Part shown: positions 39,467 to 48,957 of the stretch, piece by piece
How the letters are laid out: each line of letters begins with the position of its first letter
Position numbering within the stretch: the first letter of the stretch is position 1
From: Verrucomicrobiales bacterium
GTDB taxonomy: Bacteria > Verrucomicrobiota > Verrucomicrobiia > Limisphaerales > JAQGOY01
Length of the DNA: 64,000 nucleotides
Assembly (NCBI GenBank): GCA_028293375.1
Contig: JAQGOY010000244.1
Location: forward strand, 3,927-67,926
Direction of reading: 5' to 3'
The notes under the pieces: generated by a model
Told to the model about the DNA's origin: nothing
Seen by the model: only the letters and a program-made list of their open reading frames with translations
Database searches by the model: none
Position numbers and translations under genes: made by a program

Positions 39467-40705
39467 ATGAATGCGACTTCATCCCCATTAAGCCTGCCAA
39501 ATACAGGGCATTCACTTTCTCCAGTCACTCCCAACACGTCCTCGCGACTTCCACGCCCCGTTTGGATTGCAGTCCTTGCCCTGGCCTGTCTGCCCATTGG
39601 TCTGCTTTGGGATATTTCTCATCACTCGAGCATCGGACGCGATACGTTTTGGACGCCTGCCCATATCATCATCCAACTGGGTGGTATCATTCCGGCCCTG
39701 ATGTTCGGGTTAATCGCTTTAAAGACCACTTTTCGCGGCTCTGCAGATGAACGCGAAGGATCCATCTCCATTCTCTCAGCCCGGGCTCCTCTCGGCGCCT
39801 GGGTGACCATTTGGGGTGCGTTCGCCATGGTCACTTCCGCTCCCTTCGACGATTGGTGGCACAACACCTACGGCCTCGACGTCAAAATAATCAGTCCCCC
39901 TCACTCCATTTTAGGCGTTGGAATGTTTTTCGTGGGACTGGGGGTTTTGCTTTTTGTCTTTTCCGCTCAAAATCGGGCCACCGTCCTCAGCGAGAAACAA
40001 CTCGGTTTTCTCTGCGCCCTCGCCGTGGGAGTGATGGTCACGATGATTGCGGATTTCACCACCGAATTTACCTGGCCCAACGCACAGCATGGCAGCCGGT
40101 TCTATTACGTCATGTGCACTGCCTTCCCCCTGCTTCTCGTCATGGCTGCCAGAGCCGCAAAAGTCAAATGGGCTGCCACTATCGCTGCCGGGACTTACAT
40201 GCTCATTTTCATTTTCATGATCATCGCATTGCCTCTTTTTCCCGCTCAACCCAAGCTCGCTCCCATCTACAATCCCATCACTCACATGGTCCCTCCAGCC
40301 TTCCCCATGTTATTGATTCTTCCTGCACTGGGGCTCGATATTTTAGTTGCTCGATTTTCCAAAGCAACCTCCGTTAAACCCGGATCAACAGTCACTGCGA
40401 AAACTCCCTGGTGGAGCGACTGGCTTCTCGCCATGGCTGTCGGGGTTGCCTACCTTGCAATTGTTGTTGTTGTGCAATGGCCATTCTCCGGCTTCCTTCT
40501 GAGCGATCACGCCGATAATTTCTTTTTCGCCCGTAGCGGGCACTGGCCCTATTTTTCGAACCGGGGAGAGTGGTTCAATACCTTTTGGACAAGCGGCATC
40601 GAGCCCCTCACTGCCGCCTCCCTGGTCCTTGCTTTTCTTCGAGCCTTCATTTCCGCCCGCCTCGGCTTGGGGCTCGGTAATTATCTTCACAAATTGAAGC
40701 GATGA
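39467..40705 (+). CDS. Polytopic (~10 TM) membrane protein with conserved His/Asp/Trp motifs, unknown family
   Basis: 412 aa with motifs LWDISHHSSIGRDTFWTPAHI, APFDDWWHNTYGLD and PPHSILG. Its stop overlaps the next ATG (ATGA at 40702-40705). Confidence 0.7.
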   Translation: MNATSSPLSLPNTGHSLSPVTPNTSSRLPRPVWIAVLALACLPIGLLWDISHHSSIGRDTFWTPAHIIIQLGGIIPALMFGLIALKTTFRGSADEREGSISILSARAPLGAWVTIWGAFAMVTSAPFDDWWHNTYGLDVKIISPPHSILGVGMFFVGLGVLLFVFSAQNRATVLSEKQLGFLCALAVGVMVTMIADFTTEFTWPNAQHGSRFYYVMCTAFPLLLVMAARAAKVKWAATIAAGTYMLIFIFMIIALPLFPAQPKLAPIYNPITHMVPPAFPMLLILPALGLDILVARFSKATSVKPGSTVTAKTPWWSDWLLAMAVGVAYLAIVVVVQWPFSGFLLSDHADNFFFARSGHWPYFSNRGEWFNTFWTSGIEPLTAASLVLAFLRAFISARLGLGLGNYLHKLKR

Positions 40706-42282
40706 GCCGAATTCTTTCCGTATTTCTCGTCGCCATCCTTTGTTTGTGGACCTCCACCTCCGAGGCCCACGTCGGGAGCCCGAATGTCATCCTCGAAGGC
40801 AAAGCAGGCAACTACCCTGTGCGCATTGTTATTCGACCACCTGACGTGATCCCTGGTGTCGCTGAAATAACCATCAAAGTCGAGTCCGGCAACCCCAGCA
40901 AAGTCACCGTTCGTCCTGTTTTTTCAGATATCGGCAAAAAAGGATCTCCAGCTCCAGATGAGGCAAAACGCATCCACGACCAACCTCCACAATTTAATGC
41001 CGGGCTGTGGTTCATGAAAATGGGCACTTATAGTGTCGATGTGGAAGTGGAGGGAGATCGCGGTCATGGAAGTCTTTCTGTCCCGGTTAACGCCTCCGCC
41101 ACCAACACCCGGCCCATGACCAAACCCTACGCAGCTGTCCTCATCGCCCTCGGGTTGTTTCTCTTTTTTGGCGCTCTCGCCATTATTCGTTCTGCCTGGG
41201 GCCAAAGCCTCGTGCCTCCGGGCGCCGCGCCCACATTGCGCGATCGTCGGCGTGGGCTGATCGCAGTGAGCGTCGGAACATTGTTCCTCTCCGCATCCCT
41301 CTTCGGCGGGAAATATTGGTGGAACCTGGACGAAATGGATTACAAAAATAATCGTCTTTATAAACAAGTGCCGGTCGCCGCAACCATTCAGTCCTCACTC
41401 GATCAGCTTTTATTGGAAATTCACATTGATGCCAAAGGCAACCGCACCCGATGGGCACCGCTTATTCCAGACCATGGGAAGCTTATGCACCTGTTCCTGG
41501 TTCGAAAAGGTGCCCCTAATATTTTCGCTCATCTTCATCCAGCAGCCAAAAAAGACAATTTCTTCAGCGTCCCCTTGCCGCCGCTGATGGAAGGCGTCTA
41601 CGATTTTTTTGGCGATATCACCCACGAAAATGGCTTTGCTGAAACTCTGACCGGCAGCGTCGAAATTCCCGCTCCCCCAGCGCGAATCACCCGCCTTTAT
41701 ACCATCGATGAGAGCGATCCCAATTGTTCGCCCATTTGGTATGAGCAGAAAAACATGAATGGCCTGGTTCCCCCGGATCCGGATGACAGCACTACCAGTT
41801 CGTTCAGCTTCGATTCTGCCGGATCAAGCGCACAAGTAGGTCGCTACCTCAAGATTGTCTGGCTGAACCCAGGTAATTATAAAAAAGACGAGCAAGTCAC
41901 CCTGAAATTCCAAATGCAGGACAAAAATAATAAACCTGTGGAACTCCAGAACTACATGGGCATGGAAGGTCACGCTATTTTCCGGAAACTTGAAAACGAT
42001 GTCTTCGCGCATGTTCACCCCTTGGGGACGTTTTCCATGGCCTCCCAACAACTTTTCACCCAAAAGGAAAAAGTCATCTCCAGCAAAGAGTCGCCTGCCA
42101 CAAACCCGTCAAACTCCTTTAACAACTCGAACGATATGGATGATCACGTGAAGAGCGATGGCTTTTCCGAGGTTTCGTTTCCCTATGCATTTCCCAGGGC
42201 GGGCCGTTATCAATTTTGGGTGCAAATGAAAACTTCCGGCCGAATCTATACAGGAACCTTCCATACCGAAATTCAGCCTTAG
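40702..42282 (+). CDS. Exported, membrane-anchored protein: YcnI/DUF1775-like N-terminal domain (inferred) + 2 TM + two HxHP modules
   Basis: Signal peptide ...WTSTSEA followed by HVGSPNV. TM helices AAVLIALGLFLFFGALAIIRSAW and LIAVSVGTLFLSASLF. Duplicated motifs IFAHLHP and VFAHVHP. Confidence 0.65.
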   Translation: MSRILSVFLVAILCLWTSTSEAHVGSPNVILEGKAGNYPVRIVIRPPDVIPGVAEITIKVESGNPSKVTVRPVFSDIGKKGSPAPDEAKRIHDQPPQFNAGLWFMKMGTYSVDVEVEGDRGHGSLSVPVNASATNTRPMTKPYAAVLIALGLFLFFGALAIIRSAWGQSLVPPGAAPTLRDRRRGLIAVSVGTLFLSASLFGGKYWWNLDEMDYKNNRLYKQVPVAATIQSSLDQLLLEIHIDAKGNRTRWAPLIPDHGKLMHLFLVRKGAPNIFAHLHPAAKKDNFFSVPLPPLMEGVYDFFGDITHENGFAETLTGSVEIPAPPARITRLYTIDESDPNCSPIWYEQKNMNGLVPPDPDDSTTSSFSFDSAGSSAQVGRYLKIVWLNPGNYKKDEQVTLKFQMQDKNNKPVELQNYMGMEGHAIFRKLENDVFAHVHPLGTFSMASQQLFTQKEKVISSKESPATNPSNSFNNSNDMDDHVKSDGFSEVSFPYAFPRAGRYQFWVQMKTSGRIYTGTFHTEIQP

Positions 42283-42337
42283 CTCTATACCCGAATTTTC
42301 CCGGATGCAGTCCAATAGCTCCACGGAAAAAGGGATT

Positions 42338-42802
42338 ATGGAAAAAAATTATAACGTCACACGGGAACAGTTGGTGGATCTGCTAAACGAAGATTTGTCT
42401 CGCGAATACCAGGCTGTCATTGCCTACACGGTCTACAGCCAGATCATCAAGGGCGCTGCCTACACAGACATCGCGCGTGAACTACAAAAACACGCCGGCG
42501 AAGAACTGGAGCACGCCATCAAAATCGCCAAACAGATCGATTATCTTGGAGGAACGCCCACCACTGTGCCAAAGGAAGTAAAGCTTTCCGAAAAACCGGA
42601 AGAGCTTCTCCGGTTCGATTTGGAAAACGAGCGAGAGACCATTGCCAATTACCGCCTCCGCATCCGTCAGGCCGAAGCGATGGGTGAATTTGCCTTAAGC
42701 GAAGCCCTCCGGGATATTATTGTCCAGGAACAGGAACACCTCACCGACCTCGCCGATGCTTTGGGAATAGATGTGCCCCTCCCCAAAAAACTGGAAAAAT
42801 AG
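42338..42802 (+). CDS. Ferritin-like (bacterioferritin/Dps-like) di-iron protein
   Basis: LNEDLSREYQAVIAYTVY...HAGEELEHAIKIAKQIDYLGGTP...ENERETIANY...QEQEHLTDL gives a four-helix ExxH pattern. Start set at the ATG at 42338 (alternative ATG at 42305). Confidence 0.75.
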   Translation: MEKNYNVTREQLVDLLNEDLSREYQAVIAYTVYSQIIKGAAYTDIARELQKHAGEELEHAIKIAKQIDYLGGTPTTVPKEVKLSEKPEELLRFDLENERETIANYRLRIRQAEAMGEFALSEALRDIIVQEQEHLTDLADALGIDVPLPKKLEK

Positions 42803-42828
42803 TTCCATCCACACATTTGAAAACAAGG

Positions 42829-42858
42829 AATGCGGACCCCAAAGGTTCCGCATTTTTT
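42829..42858 (+). terminator. Rho-independent terminator closing the 38.1-42.8 kb gene run
   Basis: AATGCGGA-ccccaaaggt-TCCGCATT followed by TTTT. Confidence 0.7.
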
Positions 42859-42902
42859 ATGCAACCTTGTTCTTTTTCCGGTTTTAATTAGGGTAGATTT
42901 TG

Positions 42903-43505
42903 ATGTCCGATTCGCATGATCACGATGCCGAACTCATGTTGCGCGTACGCGATGGGGACATCCTTGCCTTTGAGGAGCTGGTTGAAAAATACAAACAGCT
43001 CGTCATCCATGTGGCCTACCGCTCTTTAAAAGACCAGGCAGAAGCAGAGGATTTGGCTCAAACTGTTTTTGTTCAGGTATTTAAATCCGCCTCCCGTTAC
43101 GAACCCACCGCCAAATTCTCCACCTGGTTGTTTACCATCTGCCGAAACCTTTGCCTTAACGAGATCCGCCGCAGGTCCAGGCATCCCGCAGAGTCCTTGG
43201 ATGAACCGGTCCAATATTCCGAAGATTCCGCCCCCCGCCAATATGAGGACCTTAAGGTTCCAGGTGCTTCGGATCTCCTGCTGCGGGAAGAACTGGAACA
43301 AAAAATCGACGAAGCGATCAACGATTTACCGGAAAACCAGCGAACTGCTCTAATGCTCTGCAAACAGGAAGAGGCCTCCTACGAGGACATATCTGCTATT
43401 CTTGGCTGCAGTCTGTCCGCCACTAAGTCCTTGATACACAGGGCTCGGGAGACGTTGAAAATGAAACTAAAACCCTATCTAAAATCAGGCGTATGGCAGC
43501 AATAA
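42903..43505 (+). CDS. ECF (RpoE-like) sigma-70 factor
   Basis: Region 2 (AFEELVEKYKQLVIHVAYRSLKDQAEAEDLAQTVFVQVF) and region 4 (LPENQRTALMLCKQEEASYEDISAILGCSLSATKSLIHRARETLK). Confidence 0.9.
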   Translation: MSDSHDHDAELMLRVRDGDILAFEELVEKYKQLVIHVAYRSLKDQAEAEDLAQTVFVQVFKSASRYEPTAKFSTWLFTICRNLCLNEIRRRSRHPAESLDEPVQYSEDSAPRQYEDLKVPGASDLLLREELEQKIDEAINDLPENQRTALMLCKQEEASYEDISAILGCSLSATKSLIHRARETLKMKLKPYLKSGVWQQ

Positions 43506-43583
43506 TCTCCTTTGTAACAGTCTGGAGGCGAACCGGGCCTCGAAACTTTTATCGCGCTGAAGAGTTTACCTATTAGAAGACGT

Positions 43584-44084
43584 ATGGCAGACAAAAATTA
43601 CCAGGAACTAAAGGAACAAAGCTGGATCCGGGAATTGACATCCACGGAAAAGGCCGAGTTGCAGTCCTTTCTTTCGGAACATCCTGAACTCCAGTCCGAA
43701 TGGGAGGGTGACGTTTGTTTAACCGAGCTGTTGGAACACGAGTCATTAGTCGTTCCCTCTTCTAACTTTACTTCCCTCGTTATGAAGGAAGTCCTGCGCC
43801 TGGAAAAAGCAAGAAACAGAAGACCCCAATCGCTCTGGACTCATTTTATCACTGGCCGTTGGATTCCGCGCGTTTCTCTTGCCGCCGTGGCGGCGCTCGT
43901 CCTCTTCTTAAGCGTTCATCAATACCAGCAAAATGCCCGGGCTGAAATGGCCTTGAGCGTGGATCGGATGATGAAAGTAGTTACAGTTCCACAAATGGAA
44001 TGGTTGCAGGATTTCGAGGCCATCAATTGTCTCCAGGTCCCCCCTCCTTCCACCGATGACGGCTTAATGCAGGCTTTGGAATGA
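43584..44084 (+). CDS. Putative single-pass anti-sigma factor
   Basis: 166 aa directly after the ECF sigma gene, with one TM (VSLAAVAALVLFLSV). Its stop overlaps the next start. Assigned by position and architecture only. Confidence 0.55.
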   Translation: MADKNYQELKEQSWIRELTSTEKAELQSFLSEHPELQSEWEGDVCLTELLEHESLVVPSSNFTSLVMKEVLRLEKARNRRPQSLWTHFITGRWIPRVSLAAVAALVLFLSVHQYQQNARAEMALSVDRMMKVVTVPQMEWLQDFEAINCLQVPPPSTDDGLMQALE

Positions 44085-45061
44085 AATTTCGCCCTCCAAG
44101 TTATGTCGGTGCTTTCGTAGCCCTCGTCGCGGCAAGTCTTGGAATTTCAATATTTCCTGATCTGCATGGCGCTTCTACTCCAAAAGTAAAAGAGGCCATT
44201 CCATCTGGGGAATCTCCATCCCCCAGCTCAGAAAAAAAACCGCCCACCGAGCAGTTTCGCAGGCTGCTTAAAATGAGTCCTTCCCAAAGACAGTCAGAGC
44301 TCGCCTCCAAGGATCAGGAAAAGCGCGATTACATCCTTTCCAAATTAAAAGAATACGAAAGCCTGCCTGAAAACGAACGTGAAGTTCGCCTTAAACAATT
44401 GGAATTGCGCTGGTATCTCTTGCCTCTGCTCAAGATGGCCCCTTCAAACCGCGTCGAACGCCTCAGCGCCATCCCGCCCGAAAGCCAAAAACTCCTCGCG
44501 GATCGCCTTATCCAATGGGATTTGTTGCCCCCTGTCCTGCAGAAGGAATTTCTGGAACACGAAGGTACCGTTGCCTATTTCATTCGTCTGGAAGCCAAAA
44601 CTCCCGAAGAACAATCCGAAGTCTGGCAAAGTGTCCCTGTCGATAAACGCGCGCCACTCGAGAAGGCTTTGTCAGAATGGCACACCCTGCCCGAAGAGCG
44701 GCGCCAGGGCATGTATTCCCGCGTTCATCAGTTTTTCGAACTCAACGATCGTGAAAAAGAACGCACCCTCGCCACCCTGCCAGGTGCCGATCGACAGGAC
44801 ATGGACAAAGCCCTTGCCAACTTTCAAAAATTGCCCGTCGAAAAAAGGGTGGCCGCTATTGAGTCTTTTCAAAAACTAAGTCAATTGAGCCCGGAAGCAC
44901 GCGCCCAGTTTCTCAAGAATGCCGAACATTGGGCGGGTATGTCTCCTGAAGATAGGCAGATGTGGCGCGATCTTGTCTCCAAGGTCCCTGCCATGCCACC
45001 TTTGCCTCCCGGCTTTCAGATTATGCCACCCGTTCCCGGCGGCCTGGCTGCTCAAAAATAA
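44081..45061 (+). CDS. Periplasmic repeat protein (DUF3106-like) of the ECF sigma operon
   Basis: Signal peptide, then repeated helical motifs of the type LPENEREVRLKQLELRW / LPEERRQGMYSRVHQFF / LSPEARAQFLKNAEHWAGMSPEDRQMWR. Confidence 0.5.
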   Translation: MKFRPPSYVGAFVALVAASLGISIFPDLHGASTPKVKEAIPSGESPSPSSEKKPPTEQFRRLLKMSPSQRQSELASKDQEKRDYILSKLKEYESLPENEREVRLKQLELRWYLLPLLKMAPSNRVERLSAIPPESQKLLADRLIQWDLLPPVLQKEFLEHEGTVAYFIRLEAKTPEEQSEVWQSVPVDKRAPLEKALSEWHTLPEERRQGMYSRVHQFFELNDREKERTLATLPGADRQDMDKALANFQKLPVEKRVAAIESFQKLSQLSPEARAQFLKNAEHWAGMSPEDRQMWRDLVSKVPAMPPLPPGFQIMPPVPGGLAAQK

Positions 45062-45115
45062 AATCTGCTCTTCGCGGATTGTGATTTTTCATCACGCTGG
45101 CTACTCTCCAAACCG

Positions 45116-46027
45116 ATGCGCGTTCTAATCATTGGTTGTGGCTACGTCGGCTTTCCCCTCGGAGTTCAATTGCGAAAAGATGGCCATGAAGTCTTCGGTC
45201 TGAAACGCACCGCCGAAGGCACCGAGACCTGGCTGGCTCAAGGCATCGAGCCCCTCATTGCAGATATCACTAATCCCGAGACTCTCGCTTCCCTGCCCAC
45301 TAATTTTGATTGGGTTGTGCATGCCGTCTCTTCTTCCAAAGGCGGAATCGAAACCTACAAAAGCGTTTATCTCGATGGCACCCGAAATGTGGTGGAATGG
45401 CTAAAAGGAAGCGGACTCAAAAAATTCGTCTATACCAGCAGTACCAGCGTTTATGGACAAACCGATGGGTCCCTGGTCAAGGAGAACAGCCCCACCGAAC
45501 CTGCCACCGAAACCAGCCAGACACTGGTGGCCACTGAACAACTGCTCCTGAAAGCTCACCAGGAGTTCAAGTTTCCCGCGCTAATCCTCAGGGTCGCCGG
45601 GATTTACGGGCCGGACAGGGGACATCTCTTTCACCAATACCTGAAAAACGAAGCCCGCATGCATGGAAAGGGTGATCGCATCATCAACATGATTTATCTG
45701 GATGATCTGGTCGGAGCGATCATCTCTGCTTTGAAAGGTGGCAGAGCCGGCGAAATCTACAATGTCGTGGACGATGAACCGGTCACCCAGTTGCATTTCT
45801 TCCGCTGGCTTTCCGAATCAGTCGGTAAATACATGCCTCCCGCCGCAAGTGAAGAGGAAATCGCTGGGAGAAAACGCGGATTAACCAATAAAAAAGTCTC
45901 CAACCGCCGATTGAAAATGGAGCTCGGCTACACTTTTAAATTCCCCACCTTCCGACAGGGTTACACCACAGAAATGATCCGCCTGGAACGTGCCGGTAAA
46001 TTAAATATCACTCACGACCCCCGCTAA
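45116..46027 (+). CDS. NAD(P)-binding SDR-family epimerase/dehydratase-like oxidoreductase
   Basis: Rossmann N-terminus VLIIGCGYVGFPLG, an extended-SDR layout, and YGPDRG. Confidence 0.8.
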   Translation: MRVLIIGCGYVGFPLGVQLRKDGHEVFGLKRTAEGTETWLAQGIEPLIADITNPETLASLPTNFDWVVHAVSSSKGGIETYKSVYLDGTRNVVEWLKGSGLKKFVYTSSTSVYGQTDGSLVKENSPTEPATETSQTLVATEQLLLKAHQEFKFPALILRVAGIYGPDRGHLFHQYLKNEARMHGKGDRIINMIYLDDLVGAIISALKGGRAGEIYNVVDDEPVTQLHFFRWLSESVGKYMPPAASEEEIAGRKRGLTNKKVSNRRLKMELGYTFKFPTFRQGYTTEMIRLERAGKLNITHDPR

Positions 46028-46222
46028 AGGGGGGAAGCGTGATGGCATTTAAACAATACGTAAAGTCAGTTGAACGGTCGTCGAAGTGACGGGTCTAATG
46101 AATTCGTGGAATGTTTTTTAACGGTAGGTAGATTAGTTCATCTTTTTTCATTTTGGATATTGCCAAATATTTCTAATGCACTAGCTTTTGTTTAGAGCAT
46201 CATAGTTGCTCGTTTTTCGATC

Positions 46223-46255
46223 AAAGACCCTTCCTCAAGAAGGGTCTTTTTCTTT
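46223..46255 (+). terminator. Strong rho-independent terminator in an otherwise gene-free 340-bp spacer
   Basis: AAAGACCCTTC-ctcaa-GAAGGGTCTTT followed by TTCTTT. Lies 196 nt after the SDR stop codon. Confidence 0.65.
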
Positions 46256-46369
46256 GGATCCTACGCAAGACTCTCCGCTGGCAAAAAATGAAATCGCCTT
46301 ACCACTCCACTTCCACCCTTCCATGCAACGCTGGACAGGTCTTGCGACTCTGCCTATTGTGCGCCTGAG

Positions 46370-47158
46370 ATGTCAGAAGCACCGAAATCTTTAATCATCG
46401 CGGGTCGAACTTTTAAGTCGCGCCTGTTCCTGGGAACTGGGAAATTCTCTTCCCCCGAGGCCATGCGCGACGCCTTGGAAGCCAGCGGCGCAGAAATCGT
46501 CACCGTTGCACTTCGCCGCGCCGATCTCAGCGGAAAGAAGGATCCCTTCGCCAACATTTTGGAATTCATTGATTCCAAAAAGTATTTACTGCTCCCCAAC
46601 ACCAGCGGAGCCATGAACGCTGAGGAAGCTGTAAGGCTCTCCAGGCTGGCAGTTGCCGCCGGTCTGCCTAAATGGGTGAAGCTCGAAATCCACCCGGATC
46701 CTCGCTACTTGCTTCCAGATCCTATCGAAACCTTAAAAGCCGCAGAAATCCTGGTGAATGAAGGTTTCGTCGTTCTTCCTTACATCAATGCCGATCCGGT
46801 TCTCGCAAAACGATTGCAGGAAGTCGGAACTGCGACCGTCATGCCCCTCGGCTCCCCCATCGGATCCAATCGCGGCATTGAAACACGCAGCCAGATACGA
46901 ATCATTATTGACCAGGCCACCGTCCCGGTCGTGGTTGATGCAGGAATCGGCGCACCCAGCCACGCCTCAGAGGCCATGGAAATGGGCGCCGACGCCGTAT
47001 TGGTGAACACCGCCATCGCCGTCGCTGGAAATCCAAACAAAATGGCCCGTGCCTTTGCCATGGCTGTCGAGGCAGGACGTCTCGCTTTTGAAAATGGCAT
47101 GGCCAGCCAAAGTCATTACGCCAATCCCACCAGCCCTTTGACCGGATTCCTGGATTAA
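46370..47158 (+). CDS. thiG: Thiazole synthase
   Basis: [19 protein letters not shown]..., [21 protein letters not shown] and VVVDAGIG are typical ThiG blocks. Confidence 0.9.
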   Translation: MSEAPKSLIIAGRTFKSRLFLGTGKFSSPEAMRDALEASGAEIVTVALRRADLSGKKDPFANILEFIDSKKYLLLPNTSGAMNAEEAVRLSRLAVAAGLPKWVKLEIHPDPRYLLPDPIETLKAAEILVNEGFVVLPYINADPVLAKRLQEVGTATVMPLGSPIGSNRGIETRSQIRIIIDQATVPVVVDAGIGAPSHASEAMEMGADAVLVNTAIAVAGNPNKMARAFAMAVEAGRLAFENGMASQSHYANPTSPLTGFLD

Positions 47159-47161
47159 GCA

Positions 47162-48172
47162 ATGAAATCGAAATATTTACCAGCCCCCGAAGTCGAGAAA
47201 CTCCTCAAAAAGGCTGCCACCACTCGCGTCCTGGTTGTCGGCGATGTCATGCTCGATCAATTCATCTGGGGCCATGTCAGTCGAATCTCCCCCGAAGCTC
47301 CTGTCCCCGTGGTTGATTTTGAGCGCGAAAATTACATGCCCGGCGGCGCCGCCAATGTGGCTCGAAACCTGGCGGATCTCGGCGTCTCTTCTGATCTCTT
47401 CGCGGTCATTGGCAACGACGATGCAGGCGAGAAACTAAAATCCCTGTTGAAGCAGCAACAAATCGGTTGCAGTGGCTTGATCGGATCGGGCCAAAGGGCA
47501 ACCAGCATTAAAACCCGCATCGTTGCTCATCAACAGCAGGTTGTGCGACTGGATCGGGAAACCAAGAAGGAATTGGACCAGAATTTAAGCAATCGCCTCC
47601 TTGCCGTTATCCGAAAGCAACTCTCACAGGCGGACGCCGTGATTGTGGGAGACTATGGAAAAGGTATTGTCACCCAATACTTGCTCGATGAACTCAAAAC
47701 TTCCTGCAGTCAAAAAGGAATTTGGTTAAGTCTCGATCCCAAGCCAGTTCACAAGCTCGACCTTCGTGGACTGTCGCTCATGACTCCGAACCGCAAGGAA
47801 GCTTTTGAACTCGCGCAAATGGAAGATCACATCCGCGATGCCAATCCTCTCAAGGATAAACAATTAACGGCGGTGGCGGACAAGTTATTGAATGAACTTC
47901 AACCGGCTCTGCTGCTCATCACTCTGGGAGACCAGGGAATGCTGCTTTGTCAGCGCAACGAAAAGCCTTTTCACATCCCCACCGTCGCTCAGGAGGTATT
48001 TGATGTCTCGGGAGCCGGCGACACCGTTATTGCCACCTTTACGTTTGCCGTCGCTGCCGGCGCTTCTCCCCTTGAAGCAGCCGTCTTTTCCAATCACGCA
48101 GCCGGCGTGGTCGTAGGCAAGGTGGGAACTGCCACCGTCCACCCAACCGAACTTTTGAAAAGCTTCGAATGA
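47162..48172 (+). CDS. hldA: D-glycero-beta-D-manno-heptose-7-phosphate kinase (RfaE domain I / HldA-like PfkB kinase)
   Basis: VLVVGDVMLDQFIWGHVSRISPEAPVPVV at the N-terminus and DVSGAGDTV near the C-terminus. Confidence 0.8.
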   Translation: MKSKYLPAPEVEKLLKKAATTRVLVVGDVMLDQFIWGHVSRISPEAPVPVVDFERENYMPGGAANVARNLADLGVSSDLFAVIGNDDAGEKLKSLLKQQQIGCSGLIGSGQRATSIKTRIVAHQQQVVRLDRETKKELDQNLSNRLLAVIRKQLSQADAVIVGDYGKGIVTQYLLDELKTSCSQKGIWLSLDPKPVHKLDLRGLSLMTPNRKEAFELAQMEDHIRDANPLKDKQLTAVADKLLNELQPALLLITLGDQGMLLCQRNEKPFHIPTVAQEVFDVSGAGDTVIATFTFAVAAGASPLEAAVFSNHAAGVVVGKVGTATVHPTELLKSFE

Positions 48173-48948
48173 GCGCCGGAGAAAAAGAAACCATTGCCTC
48201 CATCCAGGCTCGCAAAAATCGGGGTGAAAAGATCCCTTGCCTGACTGCCTACGATTATCCCACCGCAAAACTTTTTGATGAAGCGGGTGTCCCTTTGCTG
48301 CTCGTCGGAGATTCTCTCGGTATGGTCGTCCTCGGCTATCCGGATACGGTCGATGTTTCGATGGAGGACATCCTCCACCATCTTCGCGCTGCTGCCCGCG
48401 CAAAACCTTGCGCCTTGCTCGGCGCAGATCTCCCCTCCGGAAGTTACGCCACGCCTCAACTCGCAGTAGCCAATGCCCAAAAATTGAAGGATCAAGGCGC
48501 AGAATTCGTCAAAGCCGAAGGCGGCCTGGAAATCCTGGAATGCGTCAAAGCAATTACTGGGGCTGGAATTCCTTTCATGGGTCATTTGGGAATGTTGCCC
48601 CAACACATTCGCGAAGAGGGCCGCTATCGAATCAAAGGCAAAGTCGATGACGAAAAATTGCGCCTGATCGATGACGCCAAAGCACTGGAACAGGCTGGCG
48701 CATTCTCCATCGTCCTCGAGTTGGTCACCCCGCCTGTAGCCGAGGAAATAAGCCGTCTCATTCAAATCCCCACCATCGGCATCGGCTCCGGTCTGGACTG
48801 CGATGGCCAGATCCTGGTCTATCCCGACCTGGTTGGCTTGTTCCCATGGTTCACTCCCAAATTCGTCAAACCTCGCCTCGCCGCAGGAAACTTGATGCAG
48901 GATGCCGTTCGCGCATGGATGAAGGACGTCGCTTCTACTAATAATTAG
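48169..48948 (+). CDS. panB: 3-methyl-2-oxobutanoate hydroxymethyltransferase
   Basis: LTAYDYPTAKLFDEAGVPLLLVGDSLGMVVLGY, VKAEGG, MGHLGMLPQ and TIGIGSG. Confidence 0.9.
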   Translation: MSAGEKETIASIQARKNRGEKIPCLTAYDYPTAKLFDEAGVPLLLVGDSLGMVVLGYPDTVDVSMEDILHHLRAAARAKPCALLGADLPSGSYATPQLAVANAQKLKDQGAEFVKAEGGLEILECVKAITGAGIPFMGHLGMLPQHIREEGRYRIKGKVDDEKLRLIDDAKALEQAGAFSIVLELVTPPVAEEISRLIQIPTIGIGSGLDCDGQILVYPDLVGLFPWFTPKFVKPRLAAGNLMQDAVRAWMKDVASTNN

Positions 48949-48957
48949 GAATCCCCA

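Noticed and set aside
46028-46369. Expected TPP riboswitch and/or thiS upstream of thiG
   Set aside because: There is no CUGAGA-centred thi-box with the flanking conserved pairings. The only CTGAGA overlaps the thiG start codon. The 62-aa ORF 46206..46394 does not end in GG and does not look like ThiS.
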